NCBI GenBank assembly: GCA_964035545.1
Contig: OZ037773.1
Span: 3,191,751-3,255,750, forward strand
From: Bugula neritina
Taxonomy: Eukaryota > Animalia > Bryozoa
Reading direction: 5' to 3'
Length of the DNA: 64,000 nt
Part shown: positions 40,401 through 55,249 of the stretch, in pieces
Layout of the letters: each line of letters opens with the position of its first letter
How positions within the stretch are numbered: the stretch's first letter is position 1
Program-made: the position numbers and the translations under genes
Notes under the pieces: model-generated
The model's input: the letters and a program-made list of their open reading frames with translations, nothing else
Databases searched by the model: none
What the model was told of the DNA's origin: nothing

Positions 40401-42296
40401 TTACTTATTTATACTTATTCATACTTATTCACATCTTAACTTTTTCATATGAATGTTCATAACACTAACACTGTGGTATAATAGCAGCAGTTTGTTCAGT
40501 GTTTCCTCCCTTCCAGTTAGAATGCTCTGTATCTGTACAGGATAAAGTTAGTCCAGTTCTGTCTGTCTCAGTAGGAGTATATTTTCTAGCCACTGTGTTA
40601 CCATTTACTTCTGAATATTAAAACATATCTGTTTTTGCCAAGTTATGATGGTAAAGAACAACAGAGGATCTGTTCCTATGTTTATAAACTTATCAATATT
40701 ACAACACAACCTCATAATTTTTATTATACTCCTATATATAATCCCATTATAGCATTATAATTTGTAAATTGCTAAAAGCAATGCTCTACCATTTACACAA
40801 AATTTTTAAACTTACCAAAGAGTTAAGTCTAAATTTGTAAAAATATAACAACTTTAAAAACGTAACTCTCTTTTTAGAAGAAGTTGACACCTAAAACTCT
40901 AGATTTACAAATAGTTGTTTTAATTTTATAAAATAGAAAGTATGAAAAATAATTACACTCATGTAGTATTATTAGATAATTGTATTTATATGTCACAGTC
41001 ACATACAAACGTAATTTATTTCATATTACATGTAGCAAATATTTTATGATTTTTACTATATGCAAAGGAAAGTAATTAATTTATAGTTTACTAGATAGAA
41101 AGTCATGGAACACATGTTTGAATTTTAATTAATCAAACACTTCTACATACTCACTGTATTCATAGATTGACACAGGATCTGCTCCTGTAGAGTTACAATA
41201 AAAAGTAAACTCTTCTCCTTCTATGATAGTTTCTGGTTTATTGAGTGATATACCAGTTGGAGCCACTGTTGAATAAAATCGCAAATAATAATTTTAATTC
41301 AATGCATACCTCCCAGAAATAAACAGGATATATATTCCAAAATTTAATTTGAGAGTATAGAACTATATAGCAAAAATCAATGCTGAAATTTTTAATTTCA
41401 CCCATGAAATTACACACATTAATTAGCTATGAAAATGTCAAATAAAGCATTATTATAAAATGCTAAGCAGATAGCTTTGTTTAGAACCTATGATAGTAAT
41501 ATACTCGAAAAATATTTATGGTGCATACTAAGTAAATTTTAGGTATGCCATCAACCATCACCATGGCAACAGATGAATAGAAGTTTAATCTGTGTTCTAT
41601 ATAGAGCTCTACTAAAGTTAGTTACAATGAAATAAAAAAAGAACAACCAGTTATATACCATAATAATTTTGAACTTATAGAATAATTTATTTCAAGATAT
41701 TACCTTTGACTTCAATTGAAACTTCTGAGGAAAGAAATTCTCCCACACCTCCTCCTTCAAACCCTCTACAATAGAAATTCCCTTTGAGTGTTGAATCAGT
41801 TATAGTGAGTTGTACAGAAAGAGTGAACCCTTCAGGTTTACCAACTGAGTAACAGTATGCAGCACTGACTCCAGGTCCTTCTATTCCAGGGACAGTAATA
41901 ATATCTGGAGTTGATACACTAATCCATACTGTGTCATCTTCAGCACTTCTACTACATCCACTTCTGTAGATTGTACTGTCTCTATCAGCTTCATATCGTA
42001 ACTGTAAGATTCTCAGATTAGTATAACCAGATGCTTCACATGTGAAAGTTATCTTCTCATCTTTATAGAAATCTGGTGAACTTGTAGTACTGTAGTCTAT
42101 CTCTGTAGATGGCTGTGCTATAAGAAAAATGTATAACATATAAAACTCTAAGATCTCCAATATGTACGTACTTTATAATACTGTGCACCAATATATTTTG
42201 CAGTCCTATTATAGTTGAAGCATATAGAACAATTTTACCTGCGGTGTAGATAGATAAGCAGACCAAACAATACAGGAAGCGGTAGTAGCACATCAT
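37482..42296 (-). CDS. Receptor gene D: SP-V-C2-V-C2-C2-TM-tail with 4 Tyr repeats (~702 aa)
   Basis: Exons 42239-42296 ([19 protein letters not shown]), 41704-42117, 41155-41265, 40470-40610, 39763-40176, 39126-39236, 38659-38799, 38313-38543, 37891-38088, 37482-37771. Layout is identical to gene A. Confidence 0.85.
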
Positions 42297-45200
42297 CTCA
42301 CTACAAAATAACATATAGTTTTTTATTGTTTTTATATTTTATAATAATATTTAATTTTCTCTAGAAGCTAAGGTTATTTGTATAACTGATGTGTCTACAA
42401 CGCACCTATGACACGTATATAAATTAAGCTGTGTGAAAATAATATTACGTTATTGGGCTATGTTTTCTGTTTAATCCAATTGCTATAAGATTATAATACA
42501 AGTAGAGTCTAAATTTTTTACTCTCTGAGTAAGTCGCAATACATATAAGTACTTTTGTAACTGAAAATTTCAGAGCAGATTTTACTATCTTAACTAAATT
42601 TTTCATTGAACACCTTGAAAGTCATATGCATAGGTTCTAGCTCTGTGAGGTTTCTCAAAGGTAAACTAATTCTTATAAATATATTCTTTTCCTAGCAGTG
42701 AAGACATGTGCAGTACATACATGAAATGAGTTGTATAGAGAATATAGGGAATATAACTCTTACACCTTCAGTTTATTCCTGCATACATGCATGTAGATTG
42801 ATAAACATTATCAGTAAAACATTTAGGAATTGCCATCAATGCTAAATTCAAGAGTCAACTAAAATTCTTTCTACTATAAATAACTAAAACTTTTAGCATA
42901 TGATAATATATAGCATTATAGCAATAGTTGGGAGCAAGTCCAATATTACCGCTCATGGAACTGTAACTATAACTTGTACAATGTGGTGTGTTATATGTTG
43001 TATATGTATATAGTATGACTTCATTCCACACAAAAAATTTTCCATGTTTTTCATATTGTAATATAGTGAAAAAAATAATATTCAATGAAGAAATCTCAGG
43101 CAGTGCAGTGCTTGGGCTATCTAAACAAAAAACATGTGTAACATTCCTAAAGTAAAAATTTAAGCAATATATGCTAATAACACATGGAATTATTAGCACG
43201 CTGTCATGCAGTCAATTAGCCGCCTTAAAAACTTTGATTACCCTGTGAATACTAACCATGCAAGTCTAATATAAGTTGTATGTATGGTGTTATATACTTG
43301 CATATTTTGTTCCTTAATCTTAACTATCTGCTGCATAAAATAGTATAAAGCTATGGACGTTATAGATATGCTAAAGCAGCACGTGCTTTTAAATAAAGCA
43401 CATGAATTTAAATTTAAATAAAGTATGGTATAGCACTTGTATAGTGTTTAATACTTACATGAATTTGCTAGGTTTGTATTGAGCCATGCAGTAACAGTTG
43501 GCAGTAAAATAGTCAATTTCAAGTGTCCATATAACTAGTCCTCATCAAACTTATTGCAGGCCAATAATAAATCAACATTAATAGTGTCATGGAAAGTTAC
43601 TACTGCATGAATACTTCCTGGTTCCTATAGTAATTCATAATTATAGTTGACAATATAACAGGAACATATAATAGCTCTCATTTTATTAACTGATAGGCTT
43701 CTAGCATTGAATGAGAATAACTTCTTTGTAGATTAATATATCACCAGGTTTTATAATGAAAGTAAAAGTTCATATATTGCTATACATTGTATAAGTAATA
43801 TAGCTATTAGTAGCAGTTGTGAATCATGTTTCCTTTTTGTTACTGCACGAAATCTTCGTAGGCTTTATAATAACATTGTATAGTTGTTGCAAACCCTAGT
43901 TGTTATTTGAATTAAGTGTCCTTATAGTGAAACTAGTATTACACCACATACCACAAGCACCAGTTCATATAACACATAAGCAGAATGCTGTTTCGAGGAT
44001 GTGAACATTTGGAAGTTATCTGTTCACTGATGGGAGCAACAAGTTTTTTAATGTCAGTAAACTAGTTGATATTCTAAGCTATAATATGATAACTCAATAT
44101 ATCTTGTTTATGTGTTGGCTTCTCCTACTCATTAGATTCACTCTTTGTTTAATATATGAAGCAAAACAATATTATGGTAAAAAAAGTGCTCATAATCCTA
44201 TTTATAACAATTAGCTGTTGCATATAAGTCCTCATATAGCTATTTAAATATGATATTATTTAGTTATATTTTATTATTGATATAATATATAATATAACAT
44301 AAATTTATATAGTTTGTACAAGATATCAATATGTTCAACATGTCAATATCTAGTATAATAATATGATATATCATATCAATGTATAATATCAATGTATAAC
44401 ATATATATATAACAAGTATATAACATACCAGGATAATTATCAACTATTCCTACTATAATAGATAGTATTTTATACTCACATTGTTTCTTGTCAATTCAGT
44501 AAAACATATACTAAGAAACAAGATTTATTAACTTTGATTACACTATTATAGTGTCAAGTTGCTAACCTTTAACTTACATCATATAATATTCCAAAGTTGT
44601 CTGTGAAACATAATATCTGCTGCTTGGGGCTATAAAAAAAATTCAATTTTAATGACTTATTTTTAAACACAACCCACACTCCTATACACTTATGTAGTAG
44701 AGTGAAAACTAGTTTTTACTAAAACTAAACAATACACTGCCACAAGACTATCAAAACCGTCCTTAAGGTTCTATTGGCTATAACCAGTGTGTATTGTTTG
44801 TCTATGTTTAGTGAACGATGTACATATTGTGTAGACATACTCAACTTCCTTGTTGCTTGGCTATATAGCTAGTGTTTATGGAATAATACTAAGAACTACT
44901 GTACACTCTGAAAAGATAGATAACTCTAATAACTATGCATATTATAATAGATTCACTGCAAGAAATTAGGGACTTAGTCTGTCTTGGCCTAAAGCTTGTT
45001 AAAGCATTTGCAATATTATTTTTCCTAAATTGATAAATTGTAGAACAAATGATGGTGAGTATTTTTACCTAAGCATGAGATAGCTTATAGTAGTATATAT
45101 TTAATTTAATAGGTATATGCTTAGTTAAAATTTTCTTGGTAAACAATAATGGAAGACAATACAGTAACAACTTGATCCTAGCTTAATAATAAGTATTGTT

Positions 45201-45955
45201 AGATTCTGCAGGACTGTTTTAAGAAGCTCTTCTTTAAAACCATTAAGTGTACAGCTAGAAGGTAAAATAACAACAACCTTTAAACAAGTTTAGGCTATAT
45301 TGATGCGAGTATATGTACAAAGACTTTTTCCTTTTCCATGAAGAAGTTTTTTGAGTAAAAAGCACTTTTTTAGACATCACAACAAATTAATGAGCATATT
45401 AAGAGTTAGATGGTAAAGCTACAGGTTATGATAGATATTATCACATATACAGTTATATTAGGTTGTGTAATTAGCAATGTTTATAGATCTAATTAATTTA
45501 AACTATACACGTATAAAGCATGTATATTGCATCACATAATATGACTCGAGAAAATCTAATAAAACATCATCAGCTGTTATATACACTTTTTTGAGTATTT
45601 TTATCTTTTTCTTATAAATTTATTGCATTAATATAGTATTTAGTTTACTTACATATTATAAGCCAATTATTTAATTCACACTTATATTGTAAACATAAAG
45701 TATTACAGGTAAATTTCAATCACTGGCCACTCTACAATCTAGATTCTAGACCTACAATGTTGGTGATTGCCATATACTGACTAGTAATGAGCTATATGAT
45801 TATTATAAATTTAATAAATATATTAATATTAATATTGTGTTACATATATGCAAATAGAATCCACATTTATGTTAAAACATTTTTTAAAGTTAAATGTCAT
45901 TCACTGGTTACTCTAGAGTCTAGACCTACAATGTTGATGATTGTCATATGCCGAC

Positions 45956-46043
<88 letters not shown>

Positions 46044-48189
46044 AGAGCAGATATACATACATAGAGTGTATAGAGTAGTAATGGAAAGATTGTCAGATGT
46101 CACTTGGTGTGGAAGTGACTTTATTTGGATGAGTGATATTAAAAACAGTAAATGTAAGTTCAAAATAAAAAAGAAGTACGAGCCTTATATCAGTCATAGC
46201 AAGAGTAAATGGATATATGGATGTGGTGGATAAATTTTTTCAAGAGAAAAAAATATGAGGCAGAGATAAAGTTCACTTAAGTCCTAAATGCAAAAGGTAA
46301 GATACAAAAATTTTGAGATTTGGAACTAAAAAGAGCTTTTATCAAACTAGTGTACTCTATTGATAGGTTTGCTCATGGCATATAGCAGCATAAAGTTTAC
46401 CATATATATAACTTCTAAAAGTTTTATCACTTGACAAACTTTTTTTATAGTTCAGAAACTATCTGATATCTTACAATGAATCAAAGCAGAGATAAAACAA
46501 ATGTTAATAAAGTGTTAGGTATTTAATAAGCTTGAAAAAAGTTCTGTTTAGCCAATGATGTTAAACTTTTGCACGAACAATATACATTTTTGCTTCCTGT
46601 TATTTCTTATTCTAAAAAATGTTTATCTATAACAGAACAAGTTATTGAATTAGTGTAGGAAAATAGAGAAAATCTTGAAATTATAAATGAGTCAAACGCA
46701 AATGGTTACAATCGGACAGAAAAGAAAAATTTTCTCCAAAATTATAAAACTGTTACTGATACTTAGACTTGAAGTTTTAGTTAACTGGATGAAATAAACA
46801 ACGCGTTTGTAGTCTAGCATACATACTGCAACATGAGGGACATCTAATTATGTTTTTACATTTAGATTAATATCTAAAAGCTTGTATAAATATTAATTAG
46901 CTACTAAATTGTAGTCCATTTGAGTGAAAGCTAATTTTTGAATATATGTAAGTAGTAAAATAAATGACCATATTGAGGCATTTATTATAGCATTGTTATA
47001 GCAGTCGAGTTTCGCAATCTATACTGTTGCAATAATGTGGTTTATGACTATAGATGTATTATCTATAACAGATATTTCCAATCTTTTTAGAGTGAGGGCC
47101 ACCAAATTAAAATATTCTGGTGTTGACGGCCACATCGTAAAATTTAGCTTGTGCTGGAGCCCACAGCATCAGTATTTTTTAATTGTTTTCTTGCAACTTC
47201 TTCTGAATCATTATACAATGAAGTCCCAACAGTTACTGCTTGTAAGTCAACTCGAGCTGTGCTCAATTGAGTTGAGAAGAGTAAGTGCATGTGAGTGTAC
47301 ATGTAAGTGTAAGTTTGTTTGGATAGTATAGTCATCCTGGTTCGTTATTTCAGCTGCAGCTCTAGTGAAAGATGTTTCTGACATCAAGAATCAATGTGTA
47401 TTCTGCTTTAGTTTTGTCAGTGGGAAAAGTGAGGAAATTATACAATTTTATTTTCATAATGCCTTAAGAGTTGATGTTGCTCTGTCTGATAACTGAAAAA
47501 AAGTAAAACTCAATGTGCATGTATTCTGTTTTGATTTTGTGAGTGGGACAGTTGAGGAAATTCAATAGAATGTATACAAAGCTGCATCTTAAATAAGCTG
47601 CATTTTTAAAGTGTAGCAAAATTAGAGGAAATATGTAGTTGATTAACTGCTGTAAACATGGGAACAAATTAATCATAAAGCAGTATTATTCATAAGGCCT
47701 TGAGTTGATGTTTCCCTGTCTTACAACTGAGAACAATAGACTTCAGGACTAATTCAGCTGCCAGTGTTAGACGCAATGTAGTTGAATGCTTTGGGTTCAA
47801 GAATGAGTGTTGAATACAAAACTATCACCTGCATGCCTACATTGTAAGTCCATAAAATTATACTAAATTAGTTATATACAAGTGCTACTGGTGAATAATA
47901 GTAGAAATTAGTACAAACAAAGTAAAACTAGATTAAGTTAATATATTGAAAAGGTAAATCTCTCTCAACATCATTATGCTTATACTATTTTGATTTTTTA
48001 AATCAAATAAAATTGGTGTATTATAATATTAATAGGTGAAACTTCTAAGTTGGGACTAATTTTGACATGGTCAATAAACTGATTTTATACCTTTTATTTG
48101 CCTGATATGCTATAATAGAGTGAATTTACACTGTTTTTCATTTAAATAGTGCAGCTGTTTGTTTTACAAGACTTACTTTTTGTTTTTTT

Positions 48190-49365
48190 AGAAACTTCTA
48201 AAAAAGTACTCTTCCACACCTCCTCTTTCAAATCATCTACAGTAGAACTTTCCTCTGAGTGTTGGGTCAGTTACAGGGAATCGTGCAGAAAGCATAAATT
48301 AGCCTTCAACTTTACCAACTTAATTACAGTCTGCATGATTGACTCCAGGTCCTTCTATTCCAGAGACAGTATTAATATCTGAAGTTAATGAACTAATCCA
48401 AACTGTGTCATCCTCAGCACTTCGAGCACATCCACTTTGATAGACTGTACTGTATCCATCAGCTTCAAATCGTAACTGTAAGCATCTCAGATCAGTATAA
48501 CCAGATGCTTCACATGTGAAAGTTATTTTCTCATCTTTATAGAAATCTGGTGAACTTGTATAGTACTGTAGTCTATCTCTGCAGATAGCAGTGCTATAAT
48601 ATAGACATATTATATAATACTTCAAGCAACACATATAATACTTTTAAAATAGAAACAGTTACTTTTAAAAGTTGACTTTCAACTTCAAACAAAATTGTTA
48701 CAAAGAGAATTTCTCCCACGGTTCCTCCTTCAAATCTTTTACAGTAGAGCTTCCTTCTGAATGTTGAATCAGTTATAGTGAGTTGTACAGAAAGAGTGAA
48801 TCCTTCCGGTCTGCCAACTGAATTACATTCTGCATGACTGACTAGAGGTCCTTCTATTCCAGAGACAGCATTAATGTTTGGAAGTAATAAAGCAACCCAC
48901 ACATTTTCACTTTTACTACTTGAAATACATCCAGTGCTGTAGATTTTGCTGTCTCCATCAGCTTCATATCGTAACCGTAAAGATCTCAGATTAGTATAAC
49001 CAGATGCTTCACATGTGAAAGTTATTTTCTCATCTTTATAGAAATCTGGTGAAGCTGTAGTACTCTAGTCTATCTCTGTAGATGGCTGTGCTAGAAATAT
49101 ATTAATATAATACTTTAATTGTTACACAATCCTTCTAATGCTGTGTACCAATATATGCAGTCAAAATAGTTTGCCTGCATATAGCCTTTAAATTAATGTA
49201 TATCATCACTAGATTGCAAGACATGGTAATGAATGATAAATGATATGAACCAGTTATATAACAAATTCTATTTGATCTATTGATAGATAAGTAGATCAGA
49301 TAAACGTACTGCAAGAATTTTTGCAGTACGTTTATCTGATCTACTTAAGTGGTAGTATCATCATC
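48190..49365 (-). pseudogene. Receptor pseudogene E: disrupted signal-peptide exon and two decayed V exons
   Basis: The V exon starting at 49090 has TAC>TAG at 49065-49067. The second V exon (~48190-48594) has a 2-nt insertion near 48560 and a decayed 3' end. The SP exon at ~49280-49365 is interrupted by a palindrome. No C2 or TM exons were found. Confidence 0.75.
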
Positions 49366-51309
49366 TCACTGCAATGATATTATAAACAGTTGTATATATT
49401 TTATGCTATAATATATTGTTGTATTTTTGAGTAGAAAGGATAATTTATGTAGATATCATACAATGTAGTATATTTGACTTCCAGAAAAATACAATAGTAC
49501 AGAGAAAATTCACTGTTTATATACAAAATAATACATGGCTTTCTAGTGATAGCCGGTCATAATACAAAATTATAATAGATGCTTCATGGCTATATGGCTA
49601 CATGCTATATAGCTATATGGCTATATGGCTTTATGGTATGATATAATTCTCATAGTCAGGGCTGTAGCAGCATCCGTTGCATATGTAACATATATATAAC
49701 AAATATTTTGTTTTAATGCTAGTTTTTAGTAATTTTAATGATGAATAATCTATTACATGCTATAAGAACGTATATCACACAAAATAATATAATAAACAAA
49801 GTAACATGTTATAATATATATGTTATTAATTGTGCAGCCTTTTTTGCTGTTGCATGATTGCTAAAATTAGAAATCAATTACAATTGTTAACTCTTTTTAT
49901 GCAGTGACATTATAAATTTTCAACTCCTACAATTTTAGATAGACTCCAAAAAGTTAGATGTTAGCTAAGTTTGCATGAATGCAAATTAATTATAATGTTG
50001 TTATGTTGTTGTCATGCATGGAGATGTGTGTGGGATATTAATTTCTTAAAAAAATAACTAAAAGTATCAAATTTGTCCTTAATTTCAAATTTTTTATCAT
50101 TTCTATATAGAAGACATATCATAATGTATATAGAAGACATGATAATATATAAGAAATCATGCCCATAATATATAGAGAAGGCAGTATGATCATATATATG
50201 TTATAAAAGGCAATCTGACCATATGTATAGAAAATGCAATATATGATTGCTCTATTTATAGATAATACACTATTAGTGTTATTTATGCATACAATATGAT
50301 GTTATTATATATAATAGATGGAACAATGTTTTGATCATCTAATATAGAAGACAAGAATATATGATTATATAGGTAAAGCATTAAACCGATTACCCTAGGT
50401 ACTGTAGATACTACAATCCACCAGTGAAGTAAAAATCCAACAGCTTGTATGTAGATTTCTTATGAGAATCGTGAAAGAACATAACTTCTACATTTTGACT
50501 TCATAGGACTTCAGGTTAATTATACACTCTTGTATAATGCAGCACATGTACTACCAGTATATATAGTAGATAAGAAAGCAATTATAACAGATATTCTCTT
50601 GATAATTATGAGACACTCTAAGCATATAAAATATTTTTTAAAACAGCGGTATGTTATATTTATATTATATTTTAATATTACCTATAATGTATCACTGATA
50701 ATAGCTGTATTTGTTATGCATATTGATCTAATATTAGAGTGAATTTTGCACTTGTGGGTTATTCTTTGTTTTAAAAATGAGAACTGCAACAACTGCAACT
50801 TCTTTGATTTCTGTATACAATTATACAAGTTTCAACAGATGTAAAAACATGAATTATATTTTCACACTGCTGTCTGTATAAGTATTGCATCATTCACCCC
50901 ACTACAATAGCAATACTAGAGTTATTATATCCAATGCATGCAGTAACTTGTTTTATTTGTAGACAGTTGCTCATTCATATGAAGTTATTTTCTAGTCTAG
51001 TTATACAAGAATAACCCAAGAAATGTGAGGCTATATAATGTATTCATTACGTGGATGCATGTATAAAAAGAGGTTATATTTTGTATATACTTGGATATTT
51101 CATATAAGTGCTCAATTCCTAGGCAAAATATTAGTAGTATAGCTGTATATAATTAAGGTATAGGCCTGTGTGTGTTTGTTTTAATCATTGAGAACATGCA
51201 TACTAATCAACAATATTTAATAATATTGATAGGAATAACCAAATTTTTTGATCAACTATACTTAGTCACAAATCATTCCCATCTCTCTCTCCAGACTATG
51301 GTTTCATGT

Positions 51310-53415
51310 TTACATAGAAGTTGATGTGATTGGTATCTCATAACCATCCTGATTTTCTGACTGGGAGACTCTAATCTGATTCTTACTATGTTTTTGGGAG
51401 TTGTCAATACACTCATAGTTATGGTCTCCAGTTCTAGCGACTGACAACTCCTTATATGTAGAAGGAACGGTGGTAATTGGAGTATGTGGCTTTTTCCCTT
51501 AAAATACATTTATTAATATATTGAGCAATAATAGAATAACAATTGACTAATATTTGTTTTTTACTATATTAGAAACTATTATTAAGCAGTGGTTCTATGT
51601 TAAAGCTAGGTCAAAGTAACACCACATGCAGTATTATATCACCAAAAGAAGAATGTATTTGGCTCTTAATTAGCTAAGAAAACACTAAAATATTATAAAG
51701 TTATAAACTTGTGAGTAATTTGATTGATCATGTTTATACATGCAGTATTACATATTTCAAGTAATAAAGTATCTATGAGTTAGCAGTTGAATCAAATTAT
51801 GTAACTTAAATATAATATGAAATTCTAATACAGGCTGTTGTTATGACTAGAAGCTGCCAATCAAAAACTGCCTGATCGAGCTGTTTGCTGACTCTAATGT
51901 AGTTTACAAAAGTATAGATCTGTGAAGTGTATACGTAGCATAATATTTACCTTTTGACTTTCTTTTGTTATAGATGGCAACTACGGCTATAGTTATCAAC
52001 ACTCCACTCAGAGCACCAACGAATGCTCCTATCACAGCTTCATTACTCAATGGCTTCTTTGTAGATGTAGTGGTAGAAGTTATAGTGGGCAGCAACGTAG
52101 ATATTTTGGCAGCATTATCCCATGTTATATTCCACTTTATGGTAACCGTCTTTGCTAGGAAACATTAAAAAATCAAGTTCTTTTTCAAAGAATATTATTT
52201 TGATAAAACATTCATACAAGCTTTCAAAATAATTATAAGCCAATGTTAGCTGTGATCTAATTATAAGAACATAGAAAACGTAGGTATTACAACTGAGGCA
52301 ATGACTAAAAACACACGATAAATATTTTAAATTTAATTACATACATAAACCATTTTCAGGCGTACATTCAACTGTTTCTGTTACACCATTTGTTTGAGAG
52401 CTCAAAGCCAGCTCATTAGATAATTCTCTCATCAATAATCCATTGTATTTCCAAAAGAAAGCAGAGGGTGGTGGGTTGGCATCTACATATTGGCTACAAT
52501 CTAGTTTAACATCAAAATGTCTAGGATTGAACTTTATCACAATTGGATTTTGAACACCAGGTTTTCTAGCCAGGTCTACAAAATGTAAGCATTGCAGTTT
52601 TAAGGTTAATAAATATATATCAGGAATTTTGCATATAAAATATGAAGATGAATTTGCGTATGAATGTACTGAAAGTAAAAGGTTAATGATACTCACATTG
52701 TGGTTTAATAGTAACAGTTTGTTCAGTGTTTCCTCCTTTCCAGTTAGAATGTTCCGTGTCTGTACAAGATAAAGTTAGTCCAGATCTGTCTGTCTCAGCA
52801 GGAGTATACTGTTCATTCACTGTGTTTCCATTTACTTCTGAATATTAAAATAATACGTTTGTGTGTGTCAAACAATAATATGGAAAAAAATTAAAAAATA
52901 TATATCTGTTTTTTATGTTCTTTATAAACTTTTCAATATTACAACACAATGTGAGTTTAACCTCACAATATTTTTGTTGTAATATGGCAACATTGCTAAG
53001 CGATGTTCTACTGTTTATACGTATTTTTAAATAACTGGATGCATATATCACAGTAGCACACAGACAGAACTTTTTTATAGCACAGCAAGTACGTGCTCTT
53101 TTACAGCGCAACAGAAACCAATTAATTTATAGTGTACTAGATAGAATACCAGAAAGCCTATTTCAAGAAATAATTTAAGTAATTCTATACTCACTGTATT
53201 CATAGACTGACACAGGATCTGCTCCTGTAGAGTTACAGTCAAAAGTAAACTCTTCTCCTTCTATGATAGTTTCTGGTTTATTGAGTGATATACCAGTTGG
53301 AGCCACTGTTGAATAAAAACGCTAGTAATATTTCAGATATTGTGTGTGTGTGTGTGCGTGCGCGTGTGTGCGTGTGCGTGTGCGTGTGCGTGTGCGTGTG
53401 CGTGTGCGTGTGCGT

Positions 53416-53466
<51 letters not shown>

Positions 53467-54776
53467 TGTGTGTGTGTGTGTGAGGGGTTGAACTATAGCA
53501 AAAATAAATGCTGATACTTTTCATCTAAATAGCCATTACAATGCATTTATTAGCTAAAAAGTGTCAAATAAAACAGAAGCAGCATTAAGCATTGGACAAC
53601 CTTTTCTACGACAGTCTTTTGGTATTTTTAGAGAATAACTACTTGCAGTCACTGCGTGGTTTAATAAAAACACAGCTTGAAAATAAAATACCTTTTCTAC
53701 TTTTCAGGAAAATTTTCAGTAAAATGATTTCACTCAAGAATTAGGACTGTTGTTAATATTGTGTCACTTTGTTTAATCAAAGTGTTAACTAAAAAGTTAC
53801 AGCTTGTCCATGATTGTGACCATGATAGCAGTTGCTGTGAATAGTATGTAAAATATTAGCTATAGCCAAGGTTTCTCATAAAATACTATGCCAGGCATGC
53901 AGGTGGTTTTGGTTTAAGGGTGAATAGTATATTTTTAATTGAAAAATATATATGATGCATACTATGCAGACGTTACTGATGCCATCAACCACCACCTACC
54001 ATGGCAACAGTTTAAATCTACAATATAGATATAACCCTTGATATAGAGCTCTAGTGAAGTTAGCTGTAGTGACAATAGAAGACTATCAGTTGAAATAGAA
54101 TACTTAACTTCAAGAGTTTACCTTTGACTTCCACTGAAACCTCTGGAGAGAGAATTTCTCCCACACCTCCTCTGTCAAACCCTCTACAGTAGAATCTCCC
54201 TCTGATTGTTGGATCAGTTATCGTGAGTTGAACAGAAAGAGTGAACCCTTCAGGTTTACCGACTGAGTTACAGTATGCATTACTGACTCCAGGTCCTTCT
54301 ATTCCAGAGACAGTAGTAATATCTGGAGTTGATGAACTGATCCACACTGTGTCATCCTCAGAACTTGGAATACATCCACTTCTGTAGATTGTACTGTCTC
54401 CATCAGCTTCATATTGTAGCTGTACGTTTTTCAGATCATTATAACCAGATGCTTCACATGTGAAAGTTATCTTTTCATCTTTATAGAAATCTGGTGAAGC
54501 TGTAGTACTGTAGCCCATCACTGTAGATTGCTGTGCTGTAAATAAATTATAGCTGTCCAGTTTGTACAATACCTTTAAATTTAATACTGTTTACTGATAT
54601 TTGCAGTCATTATATAGTGCACATATATACGAATTATACATTATATCTAATCATTGTGATAATATATATTAACTATATGTAATTAAATATACAATTATTA
54701 TAGAACAATTGTTACCTGCAGTGTAGATAGATAAGCAGACCAAACAATACAGGAAGTGGTATTTATAGCACAACAT
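51310..54776 (-). CDS. Receptor gene F: minimal SP-V-C2-C2-TM-short tail form (~449 aa)
   Basis: Exons 54716-54776 ([20 protein letters not shown]), 54122-54535, 53195-53305, 52697-52837, 52345-52575, 51951-52154 ([25 protein letters not shown] then NKRKSK), 51310-51497 ([62 protein letters not shown]). Total 1350 nt, in frame. Confidence 0.85.
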
Positions 54777-55249
54777 CTCACTGCAACATAGTACATGTCT
54801 TTTTTTGCATTCCTTTTACAGTTCATAATACAATTTCATTCCATTTGAATATTTTAAGTTAGTTTTGAATAATATCATTTTTTTACTTTAATTTTTCAAT
54901 TGTGATTGTTAACATCATAATCCAAGTATAACTTAACTCTATATTCTATGAATTATAGTCACAATACAAATAACTGTCGCAGCCAAAAAGTTCAGAGGGA
55001 AATTTACTGTTCTAACTTTATTTTCCATTAAGCACTTTAAAAGTCATATGCATTAGTCCATTCTGAAGTTTTCAAAAGCAAGCTAATTTCTATTAATAGA
55101 TCCTTCTCTAGCAGTGAATTTGCAGTACATATACACAAAATGAATTGTATGTGAATGAATACAAAGAGAATATAACTTTTTACATTCAGTTTATTTCTGC
55201 ATACTTATATCGATTGTAACCATGCATATAAATCACTATTTAACATTTT

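Noticed and set aside
51273-51509. ORF-track 78-aa protein MYFKGKSH...
   Set aside because: Wrong frame; phase-1 splicing from the TM exon gives the tyrosine-motif tail ending at 51310.
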